Origin: Neptunomonas sp.
Lineage (GTDB): Bacteria > Pseudomonadota > Gammaproteobacteria > Pseudomonadales > Balneatricaceae
Assembly (NCBI RefSeq): GCF_041601355.1
Contig: NZ_JBFIIH010000005.1
Location: 5-64,004 of the forward strand
Direction of reading: 5' to 3'
DNA length: 64,000 nucleotides
Part shown: positions 9,256-19,068 of the stretch, one piece after another
Layout of the letters: every line of letters begins with the position of its first letter
How positions within the stretch are numbered: position 1 is the first letter of the stretch
The notes under the pieces: generated by a model
The model's input: the letters and a program-made list of their open reading frames with translations, nothing else
What the model was told of the DNA's origin: nothing
The model's database searches: none
Program-made: the position numbers and the translations under genes

Positions 9256-11049
9256 CTACTCTTCCAGCAACCTTTCAGGGTTAAACCCCATAATCAGCCC
9301 CCCCCAGTGCTGTCCGTTAATATATAACGGAATCGAAAGATCATTTAACACTTCGCCTGTGTCACGGATGAAGGTTTGCAACAGGAAGGGTTGTGTGTGT
9401 GCTGCCCTGCGTTTCTCCGCGCGGTTAGCCGAAAAAATACGACGATGACGGCTCTTGACATTATCCACCGCAAAGTCGCCCGTTAACCCAGCAGACACTT
9501 TAAGGTGATGTGCCGGAGCATAACCATTTTTATCGACAGCAATTGCATAAATAAACTCCGGACGTTCACTGACAAAGCTATCAAATAAAGGACGAAGCAC
9601 AGATTCATAAGCCGAGACATAACTGACATCGTACTTTTCGGGCAACTGCCCTTCATTGGTACGCTTGTAGTTACTATCAAAAATATTATGTCCATTTTCA
9701 GATAAGGAGCTAATGGCGCCTGCCGTCTGATCCGCCCATTTCCGGCCCGTCTGAATCATACTTTCAAAGCCACCGTAGCCAATATTGAATCGTGACAACA
9801 ACTCCTGCGTTTCTTCTGTTGCCAGCTCTAATTGACCGGAGTAAGTCTCAGACTCATCCATTTCATGTTTGATTTCATGCGCGATACTCGTAATTTCTGT
9901 TACGTGCTGATGCGACTGCTTATTGGTGTAGGACAATTCATCGATGGAAGCACTAATGCCCGATAACTCTTGATTCACCAACTCAAAGTCATCCACCAAA
10001 CGAATAAACTGTGTATTGGTATTCTCTATAAAGCCCTCTGTGTTCTGGACATACTGCTGTATATCCTGAGCACTGATACGCGTATATTCAACCAGCTTTC
10101 CCATTTCACCAATGTTCTTATCGATCTCCTGAGTAGCCAGATTGACTTTCTGCGACAGACTGCGAACCTCATCGGCGACAACAGCAAACCCTCTGCCCGC
10201 ATCTCCGGCTCTGGCAGCTTCGATAGACGCATTCAGTGCTAACAAATTGGTTTGTTCTGAAAACTCCTGAACCATTGTCAGAATATGAGTGATATTCAGT
10301 GAGTTTTCACTGAGTTTTTTCACGGTTTCCTGAAAGCTGTTCACCAAATCGCGAATAGAGCGTACCTGTTCTAATACCTTCATTAATTCATTTCCGGAAG
10401 TGCGCACCTCCTCCAAATTTGAATTATTATGCTCGTTCAACATCAGAGTGCTGGCCGCTACTTCATCAATCGCCAACGTAGCTTCCTCGCTCGACTGGAA
10501 CACTAAGTGTGCTTGCTCCTCCTGCCGGGTAGCTGACGCCGATGCCTGAGATAAAACCTTTTGTAAGCGTGTTGCACTTAAAGCAACGCTGACACTTCGG
10601 CAACGTGACTCAGAAATCATTTTCTTTAAGCTACCGGAGAATTGATTATAACTACGCGCCATCTCAGAGATTTCGTCGTAGGTATATTCAGGCAGGGTGG
10701 CGGAAATATCGCCATCATTTTCTTTTATCTGCTGTAAAACATGGGTAATTTCATTGATCGGCCGCAAGAACAGCACGCGCATAAAGAAGATACTGAATAC
10801 CGCAAGAGCCAATGCGATAACAATGCAGAAAACACTCGTTCGCCACAAGTCATGCAGCATGACGAGTAATTGATCAGAGGCATGGGGCTCTAAATTAAGG
10901 GCTGAAATCAGTTGGGTAATTTGACCTGAAAAGTAATGATTCACAAGCAGAAGCAGCACAAAGGGAACCAGTAGAAAAACCACATTCCCGACAATTTTTT
11001 TCGTTAATGAATTAAAAAATACCCGCTCAATTGTTTTATACAACGCCAT
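9256..11049 (-). CDS. Methyl-accepting chemotaxis protein with two TM helices, a short loop, HAMP, a signalling domain and an extra ~170-aa C-terminal domain
   Basis: Contains the highly conserved MCP hairpin-tip sequence [38 protein letters not shown]. The N-terminus has two hydrophobic segments separated by only ~30 residues. The C-terminal 172 aa lie outside the signalling domain. Confidence 0.9.
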   Translation of the reverse strand: MALYKTIERVFFNSLTKKIVGNVVFLLVPFVLLLLVNHYFSGQITQLISALNLEPHASDQLLVMLHDLWRTSVFCIVIALALAVFSIFFMRVLFLRPINEITHVLQQIKENDGDISATLPEYTYDEISEMARSYNQFSGSLKKMISESRCRSVSVALSATRLQKVLSQASASATRQEEQAHLVFQSSEEATLAIDEVAASTLMLNEHNNSNLEEVRTSGNELMKVLEQVRSIRDLVNSFQETVKKLSENSLNITHILTMVQEFSEQTNLLALNASIEAARAGDAGRGFAVVADEVRSLSQKVNLATQEIDKNIGEMGKLVEYTRISAQDIQQYVQNTEGFIENTNTQFIRLVDDFELVNQELSGISASIDELSYTNKQSHQHVTEITSIAHEIKHEMDESETYSGQLELATEETQELLSRFNIGYGGFESMIQTGRKWADQTAGAISSLSENGHNIFDSNYKRTNEGQLPEKYDVSYVSAYESVLRPLFDSFVSERPEFIYAIAVDKNGYAPAHHLKVSAGLTGDFAVDNVKSRHRRIFSANRAEKRRAAHTQPFLLQTFIRDTGEVLNDLSIPLYINGQHWGGLIMGFNPERLLEE

Positions 11050-11251
11050 GCCATTCTCATTTTTATAAAGTTATTAGGCCAGATTCAAAATTAACACTTC
11101 AGGACAGTGTAGCAGCGCTTACAATAACCACTAAATTGAAACATGCATTTTAATGCCGAACGCCCATAGTTTTACTTCTTCAGGCTGTATCAGATCAGGC
11201 CCGGCCTGATAACTTTCTCAGACGCTCTGACATTAATACCTCACTCATACC

Positions 11252-11986
11252 TCACCGCCATTGTAGCCATACACCTCTTTCTTTGAAGTAATGCCGCCAC
11301 GTGGGAGTATCTGTGCAAAAAAGTGCCACCTTTCGCCAAAAAGCGGCCGAATGATTAAACTCCTGCAGATGACAAAGCTCATGGATAATGACGTAATCAA
11401 TCGCCTCAGGATCCGCCATCATTAAACGCCAGTTCAGACCTATATCCCCTTTCGCAGAACATCGCCCCCACATGCTTTCATAATTACCGATGTCAACCCG
11501 GTTAGGCTTCAGGCCTACAACGTTTGATAATTCCAGCGTGCGAGGAATCAGGTAGTCTTTAGCCTGCTCTGCCAGCCAGGACTGCAACAAGCTATCCGCC
11601 ACACTTTCAGGCGATCGACTAATGCGACGATTCAAATTCATGTCAATTGATTCATGGCAGAGAGCAACAGCACTGCGCTCAGCACTGTGACGTATATTCA
11701 AGGGGACATCCCGCCCCTTTAGCAGAACAGTACGTGTTTCATAAGGGTTGATCTGATAGTTTTTCTGCCGCGTTAACTGCGCCGCCATATGCTCTTCAAT
11801 CCATGAGCGGCGCTGCTCAATAAACTGCTGAACCCATTCTTCCGGGGTTCCGACAGGTGTACGTATAGTTAATTCGCCATGCTTCACTTCAAGTGAGACA
11901 GTTTTTCGACGTCGACTTTGAACAACCACAGGGGCAACCCACACGCCATTGCATTGAATCGAATATTTACCCAGCTTTTTTTTCAA
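11252..11986 (-). CDS. YgjP-like (DUF45 / M48-type) zinc metallohydrolase
   Basis: HEXXH motif in IIHELCHLQEFNHSAAFW and the family-typical RRRKTVSLEV...G.L.IR.P N-terminal part. The only in-frame start near the N-terminus is the TTG at 11986, so the start is uncertain. Confidence 0.8.
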   Translation of the reverse strand: MKKKLGKYSIQCNGVWVAPVVVQSRRRKTVSLEVKHGELTIRTPVGTPEEWVQQFIEQRRSWIEEHMAAQLTRQKNYQINPYETRTVLLKGRDVPLNIRHSAERSAVALCHESIDMNLNRRISRSPESVADSLLQSWLAEQAKDYLIPRTLELSNVVGLKPNRVDIGNYESMWGRCSAKGDIGLNWRLMMADPEAIDYVIIHELCHLQEFNHSAAFWRKVALFCTDTPTWRHYFKERGVWLQWR

Positions 11987-12112
11987 TTCCTTTTCAACTC
12001 TTATTTCAACCTTTGCTTCAACTCTTGTTTCAACTCTTGTTTCAACCTTTGCTTCAACTCTTGTTTCAACCCATTACCAGACTCTTGTTTCAATTCGTTT
12101 TCCAACGCCAGC
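11982..12112. repeat. About 11 copies of a 12-bp tandem repeat (TTCAACTCTTGT / TTCAACCTTTGC types) with degenerate edges
   Basis: Core units at 11993, 12005, 12017, 12029, 12041 and 12053 are near perfect. On the minus strand they read TRVE/AKVE tetrapeptides. The array spans the tgpA stop (12074-12076) and reaches the ygjP-like start. Confidence 0.85.
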
Positions 12113-14152
12113 CTGTTTAACGCCTTTCCCGATGATACCTTGCTTTCCAAGTCGTTTAATTTTGTTCATAAGCTGTTGACTCAAACGATGATAAAGCCGG
12201 CTGGTTTCTTCTGCCTGAGCAGACACATCGGCATAGCGTAAACCCTGATACAAAGCGCTCCAGGCATCGAGCTCTGGTCCAATCTCAGGCAAGGTTTCTG
12301 CTAAACGTACACTATACATTTGAACTGTTTCACCTGAAGCGCGTTTAAGTTCAACGGATACCTTAGCCAATAGATCAGAAATAGCCACGACCTCCTTATC
12401 CAGCGGATGCATCCAGCGAGTCTGTACTTTTAACAGCCACCAGAAAACGAACATCAATACACAACCTACGGGTATAAACAGCAGCAATAGCACTTTCAAA
12501 ACACTAATTTGACCAAACCAATCCTGTAACAGATTATTCTGCTGCTGATGGTAGCCAAGTATCCAACGATGCCAATTATAATTAAGCGCATCATAACGCA
12601 GACTCAGTGTTTTCACCCATGCTAAGTTTTGCTGCAGACGAAACGCCATCAAAGAGCTATCTGCCATAAATTCAGGTGATGACGAAAATAACTGATCAAA
12701 CGGTTGAATGACTCTTTCGGGAGCCACGGCAGTCGTTGGATCCAGTCTTACCCAGCCTTTTCCATCCAACCAGGCTTCTACCCAGGCATGCGCTTCATAT
12801 TGGCGTATCAACAGGTACTCTTCATAGGCATTCCACTCTCCTCCCAAGTAACCACCCACCACCCGTGAAGGTATACCTGCCAACCTGAGGGCATAGGCCG
12901 TTGCATTTGCAAAGTGCTCACAGAAGCCTTCACGCGTACTGAATAAAAATTCATCAATGCGATTACCCTGAAGTTTTTGTGGTGATAACGTATAGGTAAA
13001 ATGCTGGTTATAACTCTTAAACAATGCTGCAATTTTCTCTTCAGCGGATAAACCTTTTTCCTGCCACTGCCTGACCATCTCTCTGGTTTGAGGATTGCCT
13101 GCTGCAGGCACAGCCAGATAACGAGACCGATTCACTAATGGATGTCCATCATACTGTTTAACCAGGAGCGAACTGGCGGTATAACTTATTCTTTGAGAAA
13201 CAGCAGCGCTTGCTTTAAAAGTGCCATCACTATAACGCTGCACAGTAGAAGCGCTGGAAGCCAATGGATAATCTAAAGCAAATAACCATCTAGAAGCAGA
13301 TGGCTCCGCTATAACCTGATATTCAACCAGGTCCTCATCAGACACACCCTGATGCATCTCTTGTTTCGTTACTTCAGCAATAGACCAACCCTGACCGTCA
13401 AAATCCGTAAATGTCATGACACGCCAATAGCGCTGCTCGGGCGCCGGAGGTTTGTTGTCGGTAAAGCTAACACGAAATGCAACACTATCTGAGCGAGTTA
13501 AGCGGCTGATATCTCCGGGCTGCATCCGATCAGACAGCCCCGTTTTTGCGGTGGATTTCTGATATTGGACACTCCACAGCGGCCCGATACGTGGAAAGAT
13601 TAAAAACAGAATCAGCATTAAAGGAATGGATTGAAGCAACATAAACAGGCTTTTTTTAACCGGCAAAAACAACCATGCTTGCGTGTTGCCCTGATGCATC
13701 ATCAGTAAAGCGCAAACAATACTCAGCAATGACACACCACCATAAACAGCACTGGGCATTGACTGATTAAACAAAAAACCAACTGCCGCTATAAAGCAGG
13801 CAACAAGCACTAAAACCCAGCCATCACGCTGTTTTTTTAGCTCCATAGACTTTAACAGTGCGCCTGCGATCAATAAGGACGACAGCCCATCTAAGCCTTT
13901 ACTCTGCGAAGAAAAAACAAGCACCCCAAGAATGACAGCGATGACGACTAACCCTTTTCCCCATGGCGGGATCATATAGCGATGCCGTTCTAACGTCAGC
14001 CAGACCCAGAACAGTAGACACCCTCCGGTCGCCGCCAACCACAGCGGCACATACATCAGCTGAGGCGCACTGACTATAATCAGCATAATAAGCAGCCATT
14101 TCTTAGCCCCTGAGGTTAACTCCCCTGAAGTTTGATTAATCACTTCTGCCAT
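12074..14152 (-). CDS. tgpA: Transglutaminase-like membrane protein TgpA (DUF3488 N-terminal membrane part plus transglutaminase core)
   Basis: Multiple N-terminal TM segments. The transglutaminase Cys-His-Asp core context is GFCEHFANATAYALRLAGIPSRVVGGY...YEAHAWVEAW...GWVRLDPT. It is third in a moxR-DUF58-tgpA arrangement. Confidence 0.85.
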   Translation of the reverse strand: MAEVINQTSGELTSGAKKWLLIMLIIVSAPQLMYVPLWLAATGGCLLFWVWLTLERHRYMIPPWGKGLVVIAVILGVLVFSSQSKGLDGLSSLLIAGALLKSMELKKQRDGWVLVLVACFIAAVGFLFNQSMPSAVYGGVSLLSIVCALLMMHQGNTQAWLFLPVKKSLFMLLQSIPLMLILFLIFPRIGPLWSVQYQKSTAKTGLSDRMQPGDISRLTRSDSVAFRVSFTDNKPPAPEQRYWRVMTFTDFDGQGWSIAEVTKQEMHQGVSDEDLVEYQVIAEPSASRWLFALDYPLASSASTVQRYSDGTFKASAAVSQRISYTASSLLVKQYDGHPLVNRSRYLAVPAAGNPQTREMVRQWQEKGLSAEEKIAALFKSYNQHFTYTLSPQKLQGNRIDEFLFSTREGFCEHFANATAYALRLAGIPSRVVGGYLGGEWNAYEEYLLIRQYEAHAWVEAWLDGKGWVRLDPTTAVAPERVIQPFDQLFSSSPEFMADSSLMAFRLQQNLAWVKTLSLRYDALNYNWHRWILGYHQQQNNLLQDWFGQISVLKVLLLLFIPVGCVLMFVFWWLLKVQTRWMHPLDKEVVAISDLLAKVSVELKRASGETVQMYSVRLAETLPEIGPELDAWSALYQGLRYADVSAQAEETSRLYHRLSQQLMNKIKRLGKQGIIGKGVKQAGVGKRIETRVW

Positions 14153-14154
14153 CT

Positions 14155-15114
14155 TCAGCCCCCCTCGCCATAGAGAGCCAGCTGCGTTAATACGTTTTTT
14201 TTATGCTCAATCCCGGTTGCAGGGGCTATCTGCTTACCCGGTAACCGCAAACCAAATCGTGAACCACTCTGTGAAAAAACCAGTGCCCAGTAACACAACC
14301 GTGATAGCCGCGCCTCCACTGACAATTCAGGCCAGCTATCCCAGTCCAGCCACAGTTCATTTCCCGCATAACCCTGATGCTCTTTAACCTGTAACCCGTG
14401 CCCTTTGGCATAGACTTTCCAGGCAATGCTGCTTTTTGTAGCGCCGGGGTAATATGACTTTAATTCCTGAAACTCATCATCCCCCCGGGCACCGACTGCA
14501 TGCTTATGCTGTTCAGCACCTCTTAACGCCTCTATCTCACCACCGGCAACCGGCTTTGGGTAAACCAACACAGACTGTTCAAAACGCAACCAACTCCAGG
14601 CTCGGAATAAACCCAATGGATACAAGCTACCGATGTACAACAGATCCGCCTGCTGCCATCCCCGCTGTAAACACAGCGATGGGATCTCGACATTAACAGG
14701 ACGATTAGCGACAAGGTCCAGCGTCGTACACTCCGCCTTGTCAAACCCAAGACCCAACTGAAACAGCGCACGATCAGTATTCAACTGATAACGGAAACAC
14801 GCTTCATCTCCAACAAACACAGGCTCTGTTAACAATCCCCTGGTTTCTAATCCGGACAAATTGGCATAGGTATGTAAAATAGCGGTGATAAACAGGGACA
14901 GTAAAGTAAAGCAGACAGCATAAGCGAGGTTGTTCTGATAATTAACAGCCAATAGCAAAATCAACAGCACAACCAGCAAATACGCACTCCCGGCTAGCGT
15001 CGGTAATATATAGATACGCTTTTGCGTTAATCTGATAACCGCTTGTCCGGGATAACGATTAACCAACCACGCCTGTATCCGGCCACGAAGAGACCGTCTA
15101 TTCGCCATGCTCAA
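14155..15114 (-). CDS. DUF58 domain protein (MoxR-associated)
   Basis: Two N-terminal TM segments. Located between the MoxR ATPase and TgpA. There is a 4-nt ATGA overlap with moxR and a 2-nt gap to tgpA. Confidence 0.8.
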   Translation of the reverse strand: MSMANRRSLRGRIQAWLVNRYPGQAVIRLTQKRIYILPTLAGSAYLLVVLLILLLAVNYQNNLAYAVCFTLLSLFITAILHTYANLSGLETRGLLTEPVFVGDEACFRYQLNTDRALFQLGLGFDKAECTTLDLVANRPVNVEIPSLCLQRGWQQADLLYIGSLYPLGLFRAWSWLRFEQSVLVYPKPVAGGEIEALRGAEQHKHAVGARGDDEFQELKSYYPGATKSSIAWKVYAKGHGLQVKEHQGYAGNELWLDWDSWPELSVEARLSRLCYWALVFSQSGSRFGLRLPGKQIAPATGIEHKKNVLTQLALYGEGG

Positions 15115-16031
15115 CTCAGTACATCCACCTTAGCCAATATGGCCCGGGTCGGATCAGCCTCATGCTGATGGTCGTTTCTGATCAGCAGACGATGCTCTAC
15201 AACAGAACTGAAAACCTGCTGTACATCATCGGGGGTAAGGAAATCACGACCTGACATATACGCCCACGCCTTAGCCGCCTGGATTAATGCCAGCGCTCCG
15301 CGGGGCGACAGCCCTAAAATAACCTCTTCACTACTGCGGCTAAACTGCGCTAATCGTTGGATATAATCTAATACAGGATCGGACACAGCCACCTGCTGGC
15401 ACGCCGTTTGAATTTCCTGCAGCATTTTACTATCGATACAAACAGGCAGCTCTTCAATATCGCTTCGGGTATCACCATGCTTCAACAATTTTTTTTCTGT
15501 ATCGGCGTCAGGGTAACCCAGAGAAATTTTCATTAAAAATCGATCCAATTGTGACTCAGGTAACGGGAAAGTACCAAACTGGCTCGTTGGGTTTTGCGTG
15601 GCAAGTACAAAAAAGGGTGAGGGTAATTGACGCGTAACCCCTTCAGATGACACCTGTCCTTCCTCCATCGCTTCCAGCAGTGCACTCTGCGTTTTCGGTG
15701 TCGAGCGGTTAATTTCATCCGCTAATAACAACTGAGTAAAAACCGGTCCGGGATGATAAACAAAACTGCTGGTTTGCTGATTGAATACAGCCCCTCCGAG
15801 GATATCAGCCGGTAACATATCACTGGTAAACTGGACTCGCCGGTATTCCAACCCAAACACATGCGCCAAGGTATGCGCCAATGTTGTTTTCCCCATGCCG
15901 GGTAAATCTTCAATCAACAGATGGCCACGCGCTAACATACAGGCAACCGCCAGCCTGACAACAGCCTCCTTACCTAAAACAACAGAAGATACCGTATCAA
16001 CTAACTGATCGATCCTGTTTCGCATAAGCAC
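15111..16031 (-). CDS. MoxR-family AAA+ ATPase
   Basis: Walker A EDLPGMGKTTLAHTLA, Walker B LLADEINR, and FFVLATQNP...PLPESQLDRF, typical of the MoxR/RavA family. Confidence 0.9.
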   Translation of the reverse strand: MLMRNRIDQLVDTVSSVVLGKEAVVRLAVACMLARGHLLIEDLPGMGKTTLAHTLAHVFGLEYRRVQFTSDMLPADILGGAVFNQQTSSFVYHPGPVFTQLLLADEINRSTPKTQSALLEAMEEGQVSSEGVTRQLPSPFFVLATQNPTSQFGTFPLPESQLDRFLMKISLGYPDADTEKKLLKHGDTRSDIEELPVCIDSKMLQEIQTACQQVAVSDPVLDYIQRLAQFSRSSEEVILGLSPRGALALIQAAKAWAYMSGRDFLTPDDVQQVFSSVVEHRLLIRNDHQHEADPTRAILAKVDVLS

Positions 16032-16117
16032 TCCGTTTTGAGTATAAAATAACGGGGCTCATGCCCACTAAAGCCCCTTTTCACTATCAGTGTAGCGACA
16101 GAACTGAAAAATGAGAC

Positions 16118-16145
16118 AAAAAAAAGCAGCCGAAGCTGCGTTTTT
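16118..16145 (-). terminator. Rho-independent terminator downstream of slyD (bidirectional shape)
   Basis: A-run, then GCAGC-CGAA-GCTGC, then T-run. It lies 12 nt after the slyD stop. Confidence 0.7.
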
Positions 16146-16156
16146 ATAAGAACCGC

Positions 16157-16639
16157 TTAGTGGTGATGACCACCTTCACCGTGTACATGACCGTGAGAAA
16201 GTTCTTCCTCAGAGGCTGGTCGCACTTCCACGACCTCAACCGCAAAGGTCAGAGTCTGGCCTGCCAGCGGGTGATTACCATCTAATGTGATACCGTCTTC
16301 TTCAACATTCATAACAGTGACTGGCTGCTCTCCCCAAGGGGCTTGTGCCATAAACTGCATACCGACATGAATATCTTCAACACCCTCAAAGTTCTCATGA
16401 TTCACTTTCTGTACTAATTCATCACGTAAAGGACCATATGCCTGTTCAGGCTCCACCGTCACTTCCAGCTTATCACCCACCTGCTTACCCACCAGCGCAT
16501 TTTCCAGACCAGGAATAATATTACTTGCACCGCTTAAGTATGCCAGAGGCTCTTGCCCCTCAGATGAATCCAAGACTTCACCCTGGCTATTAGTCAAAGT
16601 GTAATGAATAGTAACGGCTGAATTTTCAGCAATCTGCAT
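16157..16639 (-). CDS. slyD: FKBP-type peptidyl-prolyl isomerase / metallochaperone SlyD
   Basis: MQIAENSAVTIHYTL...IPGLENALVGKQVGDKLEV...DGNHPLAGQTLTF with a His-rich tail HGHVHGEGGHHH. The first 28 codons of the tracked ORF were discarded as an upstream extension. Confidence 0.9.
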   Translation of the reverse strand: MQIAENSAVTIHYTLTNSQGEVLDSSEGQEPLAYLSGASNIIPGLENALVGKQVGDKLEVTVEPEQAYGPLRDELVQKVNHENFEGVEDIHVGMQFMAQAPWGEQPVTVMNVEEDGITLDGNHPLAGQTLTFAVEVVEVRPASEEELSHGHVHGEGGHHH

Positions 16640-16894
16640 GAGAAACTCCCAAAATAAAAAATGAATATTACCGGAGGCTTTGAATATGTCGTCAGATCGC
16701 CAACAAACCCAAAGAACCCTCACAGAAATCAGGCGTCATCCTACCCCGCATGTAGCAAAACTTCCAGCCTGTTGCTAACACTGCCAAAAATAGTGAATAG
16801 ATATTCAATAAATAGGAATTATTCCTATCTTTTTATGTCGAAGATGTAAGTACAATAATCTGCATAGAATCAATAATATGGAGTAACACTTGTT

Positions 16895-17125
16895 ATGGAT
16901 AACATCTGCCCCGATTGCCAAACGCTACTGACAAGTAAACATAAAGCATCTCACACGCTTTTATCTCTGATAAGCACGCTACCCAACAGCCAGCTATACA
17001 AGTGCACTGCATGTCACGCCTACTTGCATTGCTATGACCGTCAGTGGGAAGTATTAATTGAAGGTTACTACAGCAAAATGTCCGATCTAGTGAATTCATC
17101 TCAGCCTACACTAGCTGCCGTTTAA
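16895..17125 (+). CDS. Hypothetical small zinc-ribbon-like protein (CPDC...CTAC)
   Basis: 76-aa ORF with two CxxC pairs. The SD is weak and distant. Confidence 0.35.
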   Translation: MDNICPDCQTLLTSKHKASHTLLSLISTLPNSQLYKCTACHAYLHCYDRQWEVLIEGYYSKMSDLVNSSQPTLAAV

Positions 17126-17208
17126 CCCACATACACCCACAATCATTTTATAAACGGTTAAGATCGCATCTGCTTTCAGACGCGATCTTCCCCTCGGCTT
17201 TAGTAAGC

Positions 17209-18498
17209 TTATACTTGCTTACATTCAAAAAAACGTTTGAATACCTGAATCGTATTGATCAAATCATTCGTGCCCGCTAACTCCCTGATAGAGTGCATTG
17301 CTAATTGCGGTACACCTATATCAAGGGTACGTACGCCTATTTCTGCTGACGTAATGGGTCCGATAGTACTACCACAGGCCATATCCGAGCGCACAACAAA
17401 CTCCTGTACCGCAACGTTATCCAGTGCTGCCAACATCCTGAATTGCGAGCTGGTAATGTCAGTCGTCGCATAACGCTGATTTGAATTGAGCTTAATAACC
17501 GGCCCTTTATTAAGAATAGGACCATGATTAGCATCGTGCTTATCGGCAAAATTGGGATGTATAGCGTGTGCGTTGTCTGCCGATATCATCATGGAATTCG
17601 CCAGCATACGGTTTCTACTTTCCGCTTCTGGCTGTATACGTTCAAACAAATGATCCAGCATAGGCCCCTGAGCGCCCGCCGCACTCATGCTTCCGACCTC
17701 TTCATGGTCGGTACACACCAACAAAACGCCTTCTTCTGAGTCAGATTGCAGCAAAGCCTCCATCCCCATAAAGCAGCTAAGCAGGTTATCCAAACGAGCC
17801 GACGCCAGAAACTCCTGCTCCAGCCCTATCAAAGCAGCAGACTGGGTATCATATAGAGACAGCTCATAATCAAGCACGTTAACCACTGTCTCACCTGACA
17901 CCAGCAACTGATCCCGCAAAAGAGCACGGAAGTCCGGCTTCTCATCCACTTGCCCCAGCACCGGCGGCAGAAAAGTTTGCGCATTAATCGCACGCCCATT
18001 ATTTGCTTCGCGATCAAGATGAATTGCCAAACTGGGAATCACAGCAACTGGCGTCTCAAAATTCACCAATGCACTACTTAGCTCGCCTGCCTCATTGACA
18101 AAACTAACACGACCAGCAATCGATAAATCCCGATCAAACCAAGGGGCCAGCAAGGCTCCACCATAGACCTCTACGCCTAACTGAAAATATCCGTGTTTAT
18201 GCAGTTCAGGATTAGGCTTCACACGCAGACAAGGGGAGTCGGTATGCGCGCCGACCATACGTAAGCCCGACTCAGATAATAAGCGTTTTGCCGGCATTTG
18301 CCATGCAACAAGCGCAGAATCATTGCGCGTAATGACATATCGTCCCGCCTCTCTTAATACCCAGGTGTCTTTTTCATTGAGGGCTTCAAAGCCATCCTCA
18401 AGCAAGCGGGCTTTCATCTGCTGTACTGCATGAAAGGGTGTTGGCGAAGCATTAAGGAACTCAATTAAGCCCTTCAATGTACTATTTTTGTTATTCAT
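17209..18498 (-). CDS. M18-family aminopeptidase (aspartyl aminopeptidase-like)
   Basis: N-terminal FLNASPTPFHAV, GAHTDSPCLRVKP, TDHEEVGS and ADNAHAIHPN motifs typical of the M18/ApeB family. Start set at MNNKNS, just after the FKBP stop. Confidence 0.85.
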   Translation of the reverse strand: MNNKNSTLKGLIEFLNASPTPFHAVQQMKARLLEDGFEALNEKDTWVLREAGRYVITRNDSALVAWQMPAKRLLSESGLRMVGAHTDSPCLRVKPNPELHKHGYFQLGVEVYGGALLAPWFDRDLSIAGRVSFVNEAGELSSALVNFETPVAVIPSLAIHLDREANNGRAINAQTFLPPVLGQVDEKPDFRALLRDQLLVSGETVVNVLDYELSLYDTQSAALIGLEQEFLASARLDNLLSCFMGMEALLQSDSEEGVLLVCTDHEEVGSMSAAGAQGPMLDHLFERIQPEAESRNRMLANSMMISADNAHAIHPNFADKHDANHGPILNKGPVIKLNSNQRYATTDITSSQFRMLAALDNVAVQEFVVRSDMACGSTIGPITSAEIGVRTLDIGVPQLAMHSIRELAGTNDLINTIQVFKRFFECKQV

Positions 18499-19018
18499 TT
18501 TCTGTCCCTTTATTTTCCTGAACTTCAAGCAACTCTACTTTAAAAATCAATGTTGAATTAGCGGGTATTTCATTAGATGGGCTGGTAGCGCCGTAGGCCA
18601 GTTTCGCGGGTATATACAAGATCCACTCATCCCCGACTTTCATTTTCAACAAAGCTTCCTGCCAACCTTTAATCACTCTTTTAAGCGGAAAGGTGGAAGG
18701 TTTACCGCGTTGATAAGAGCTATCAAAAACTCCGCCATCAACACGCGTCCCTTCGTAATTAACAACAACTGAGTGCTGATAAGTCGGATGGACACCCGTA
18801 CCACTTTTCAGAATCTGATATTGCAAGCCAGAAGGCAATTCAACAACACCGTCACGTTGTGCATTTTCTGCTAAAAATGTGATACCTGCTTCGCTGGTTT
18901 CATCGTTAAGTGCTTTTTCCATCAATTGTTGACGAAAAGCCTCCTTTTCAGGATCCTCACCACAACCGCCTAACAACAAACCGGAAATAAGCAGCAGGGG
19001 GATAAATAATAATTTCAT
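18491..19018 (-). CDS. FKBP-type peptidyl-prolyl isomerase, lipoprotein
   Basis: Lipobox LLLGGC after a signal peptide. FKBP core VVVNYEGTRVDGGVFDSSYQRGKPSTFPLKRVIKGWQEAL...IPAKLAYG. Confidence 0.85.
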   Translation of the reverse strand: MKLLFIPLLLISGLLLGGCGEDPEKEAFRQQLMEKALNDETSEAGITFLAENAQRDGVVELPSGLQYQILKSGTGVHPTYQHSVVVNYEGTRVDGGVFDSSYQRGKPSTFPLKRVIKGWQEALLKMKVGDEWILYIPAKLAYGATSPSNEIPANSTLIFKVELLEVQENKGTENE

Positions 19019-19068
19019 CTTTAACCTTACGTCAGTAAATTGAATAAAACTCTTTAAATGGAACTCAC

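Noticed and set aside
11893-12241. Plus-strand ORFs encoding FQLLFQPLLQ / FNSCFNLC repeats
   Set aside because: They are artefacts of reading the 12-bp tandem array on the non-coding strand, and they overlap the ends of two well-supported minus-strand genes.
16640-16723. 28-codon N-terminal extension of the slyD ORF; similar extensions exist on the MFS, copB, cusR, GntR, KGSADH, His-rich and ATPase ORFs
   Set aside because: The family-typical N-termini begin at internal Met codons that have proper SD sequences. The extensions have neither homology-like sequence nor an RBS.
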